From: Pelomyxa schiedti
Lineage: Eukaryota > Protista > Evosea
DNA: 64,000 nucleotides
Assembly (NCBI GenBank): GCA_020536535.1
Contig: JAHLWZ010000796.1
Coordinates: forward strand, 62,001-126,000
Direction: 5' to 3'
The position numbers were made by a program, and so were the translations under genes. Each line of letters begins with the position of its first letter. Within the stretch, counting starts at the first letter, position 1. Under the pieces are notes generated by a model. It ran no database searches, was not told where the DNA came from, and saw only the letters and a program-made list of their open reading frames with translations. Of the stretch, positions 62,042-64,000 are shown in pieces.

Positions 62042-64000
62042 TCAATTAGACACATCTGTGAGTTCATTGTGGAGATAGCGTTGTTGTTTGACTAGGATGT
62101 GGCGTATGGGCTTGTACAGATCCCTGTGGTGTTCCTCTGTGTACTCTGACAAGAAGGAACCAACACCAAATCCAGCAACTCCCCCAGAAGATTGGTCAGG
62201 CTCAGAGCTCACGGCTGGCTTGTCAACGCTGAAGTAGCAGTTGGCCTGGCACACATTGGCACAGAACTTGACTGGAATCAGAATCCGGGTGTAGTGTCCT
62301 TTCCTTATCTGTCAATCGTGATGAATTATTCGTTTGTAGTAGTACATTGTATGTGTATTTTTATGTGTGGTGCCAATGTAGTGTTGTAATGGAGTGCAAA
62401 ATAGTAAGAGCGGAGATACCCCTTCATATTCGTCAAGTCCAATTAGGGTTTCATCATCTATTTCCCATAATTCACCTTTAATTCTATGTCCTTGTCCTGA
62501 AGCCTTGTTATAATTTTCAAGTAAGGAGGGACAACCACAACCTGGAAGATTGCCAATCAAGTATGGAACTCCACATTCACCAATAACAAGAGGATAGGGT
62601 TTCACTGTGGAAGCAAGAGAAATATACTTGGATCGACTTAAAAACTTTTTGTTCCAGTGAAATCCCGTTTTGAGTGTGCCATAGACAAATAGCTTGTGTT
62701 TTGTTTCTTCTGGCTTTTTGGGGGTACTTTTCTTGTAGAAGACCATAATTAGCATAATTGCAAATACTGCTACAGACAAAATAGAAACGGTTGTGTGTCC
62801 CGATAATACCTGAAGGAGGGATGAGAATGGAAAGAGAAATGGAACTGATACCCCAAATAATATCACAAGAGCCCCCAAACCTACGGGGATAAAATACTTG
62901 ACTGAGTTGAGGCCATCACTCTTTGGAGATGGAGTTGGAGCTTTGCCTTTCACATGGCAACTGGTGATGGGAGGAGAATTTGGTCCAATATGTGAACTTG
63001 TATAAGCTCGGGAATCTTCAGGTGTCGCCTCTCTTGCACGCTGGTAAAATTCATAATATGGTTCATGCTTAGTTCTCCATCTATCTTCCCAGCAATCAAC
63101 GAGTTGCTGGAGTCCCGGGTACTCGGTGCTTCTGAGTCTGAACTCCATTGGCCCATTTTCAAGGACTTCGGAGTCTTTCTAACACATGATGAGCGATACG
63201 GGAAGTGAAATGTCACTACCTCCCAACGAAACATTGCAGGCCCGGTACACCTCAAGAAAGGTGACAGCTCTACCAAGACAACAGTACCATTGTCCTGAAG
63301 ATAGCCAAGATCCATAATATAGGAGGTCTCTCCTACATGCGTATGAATTTGAGCCCAAAAGTCAAGAAGAGCTTTTTGAATTGTATCACGCATGGCATGC
63401 AGGTGAGGGTAAACAGCATAGTGATCATATTGAGATATAGCTGTAACCTTCCCATGACGCACAAACAATCGAAATTCGTAATCATATCTGAGGCGAGGTT
63501 CCCATCTTCTGAGTGCTACCTGCTCAGGCTCGCCAAATTCCAACCAGTCACGTAAATCAACAAACACTCTTTCACTGCTCAATATGAGACTGAGAGCTTC
63601 AGCACCAGAAGTGACGCGCAGCAAGTGTACTCGCGACAGCGCTCCAGCTCGAGTGTTGGCATTATCTGGAAGTTTATCCTTTTCCAGCATTTCCGTGAGA
63701 ATTGCATTATACTCTGGCAGAACTCGTTCTCTGTGAAGAGGCTCTGCATCTTTACTATCTTGATACAGTGAATATGCATAAAATTTTTTATGCAAACAAA
63801 TAAAACCCAAGACTTATCCCAAAAAAAAAAAAAAAAAAAAAAAAACCATTAGATGGCAAAGTGGTGGACATACACAGAACGCCCACACAAACGCAAAAAA
63901 GCTCCGTCTGCCTCGAAGTTTTCGCGAACTATCTTATCCAAATCCACTTCCAGATTCTTCAGGATGCCAACATCCCTGTCAGTCAGAGGCGGGCCCGGCC
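62042..64000 (-). CDS. Cdc123/R2K-family ATP-grasp domain + TM hairpin + gamma-glutamyl(amine) cyclotransferase (GGACT/AIG2-like); 5' end lies beyond the window
   Basis: ATP-grasp: FLRLCGRSVKD (spliced), SSERVFVDL, VALRRW, EFRLFV..TAISQY, YIMDL, VELSPF. GGACT: LFVYGTLKTG, PYPLV..PYL, IKGELWEIDDETLIGLDEYEG, HYTR. Confidence 0.85.

Noticed and set aside
63821-63845. Long poly-A runs (also ~1477, ~6351, ~61716) as retroelement tails
   Set aside because: They lie in introns or UTRs, with no target-site duplications, RT or transposase nearby.
1-64000. Frequent frame breaks and stops suggesting pseudogenes or an alternative genetic code
   Set aside because: The breaks coincide with short GT...AG segments whose removal restores conserved motifs, and long exons (607, 855, ~1000 aa) read cleanly in the standard code.

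Overview
Gene-dense eukaryotic genomic DNA, not prokaryotic. It holds about 23 protein-coding genes, most split by many short (roughly 25-60 nt) GT-AG introns with weak donors, with very short intergenic spacers and frequent poly-A/T tracts. The ORF track therefore shows exon fragments, and I joined them by hand, so internal boundaries are approximate. Gene content (iron-sulfur flavoprotein, transmembrane RasGAP, Cdc123/R2K ATP-grasp, toxin-type ART, VIT-vWA) suggests an amoebozoan, possibly an anaerobic archamoeba (inference). Recognisable genes: SUPT7L-like, PH-IQ-RhoGEF-PH, acid lipase, vWA-VIT-vWA, divergent Ras, SPIDR-like, SPRY/Zn-finger, PHO80-type cyclin, Isf flavoprotein, FN3-EGF-TM-RasGAP receptor, ZNFX1-like helicase, truncated P-type ATPase, PCF11, ankyrin protein, GH38/DUF5054-like hydrolase, RING-ART, and an R2K ATP-grasp/gamma-glutamylcyclotransferase fusion. 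The most striking candidate is the ZNFX1-like helicase, whose C-terminus carries a polymerase-palm-like domain plus Pumilio repeats. Next are the membrane-anchored ATP-grasp ligase + GGACT fusion (a possible writer/eraser), a plexin-like RasGAP receptor, and a propeller-RING-ART protein. No rRNA, tRNA, CRISPR array or transposon was recognised. All family assignments come from motif recognition; no searches were run.
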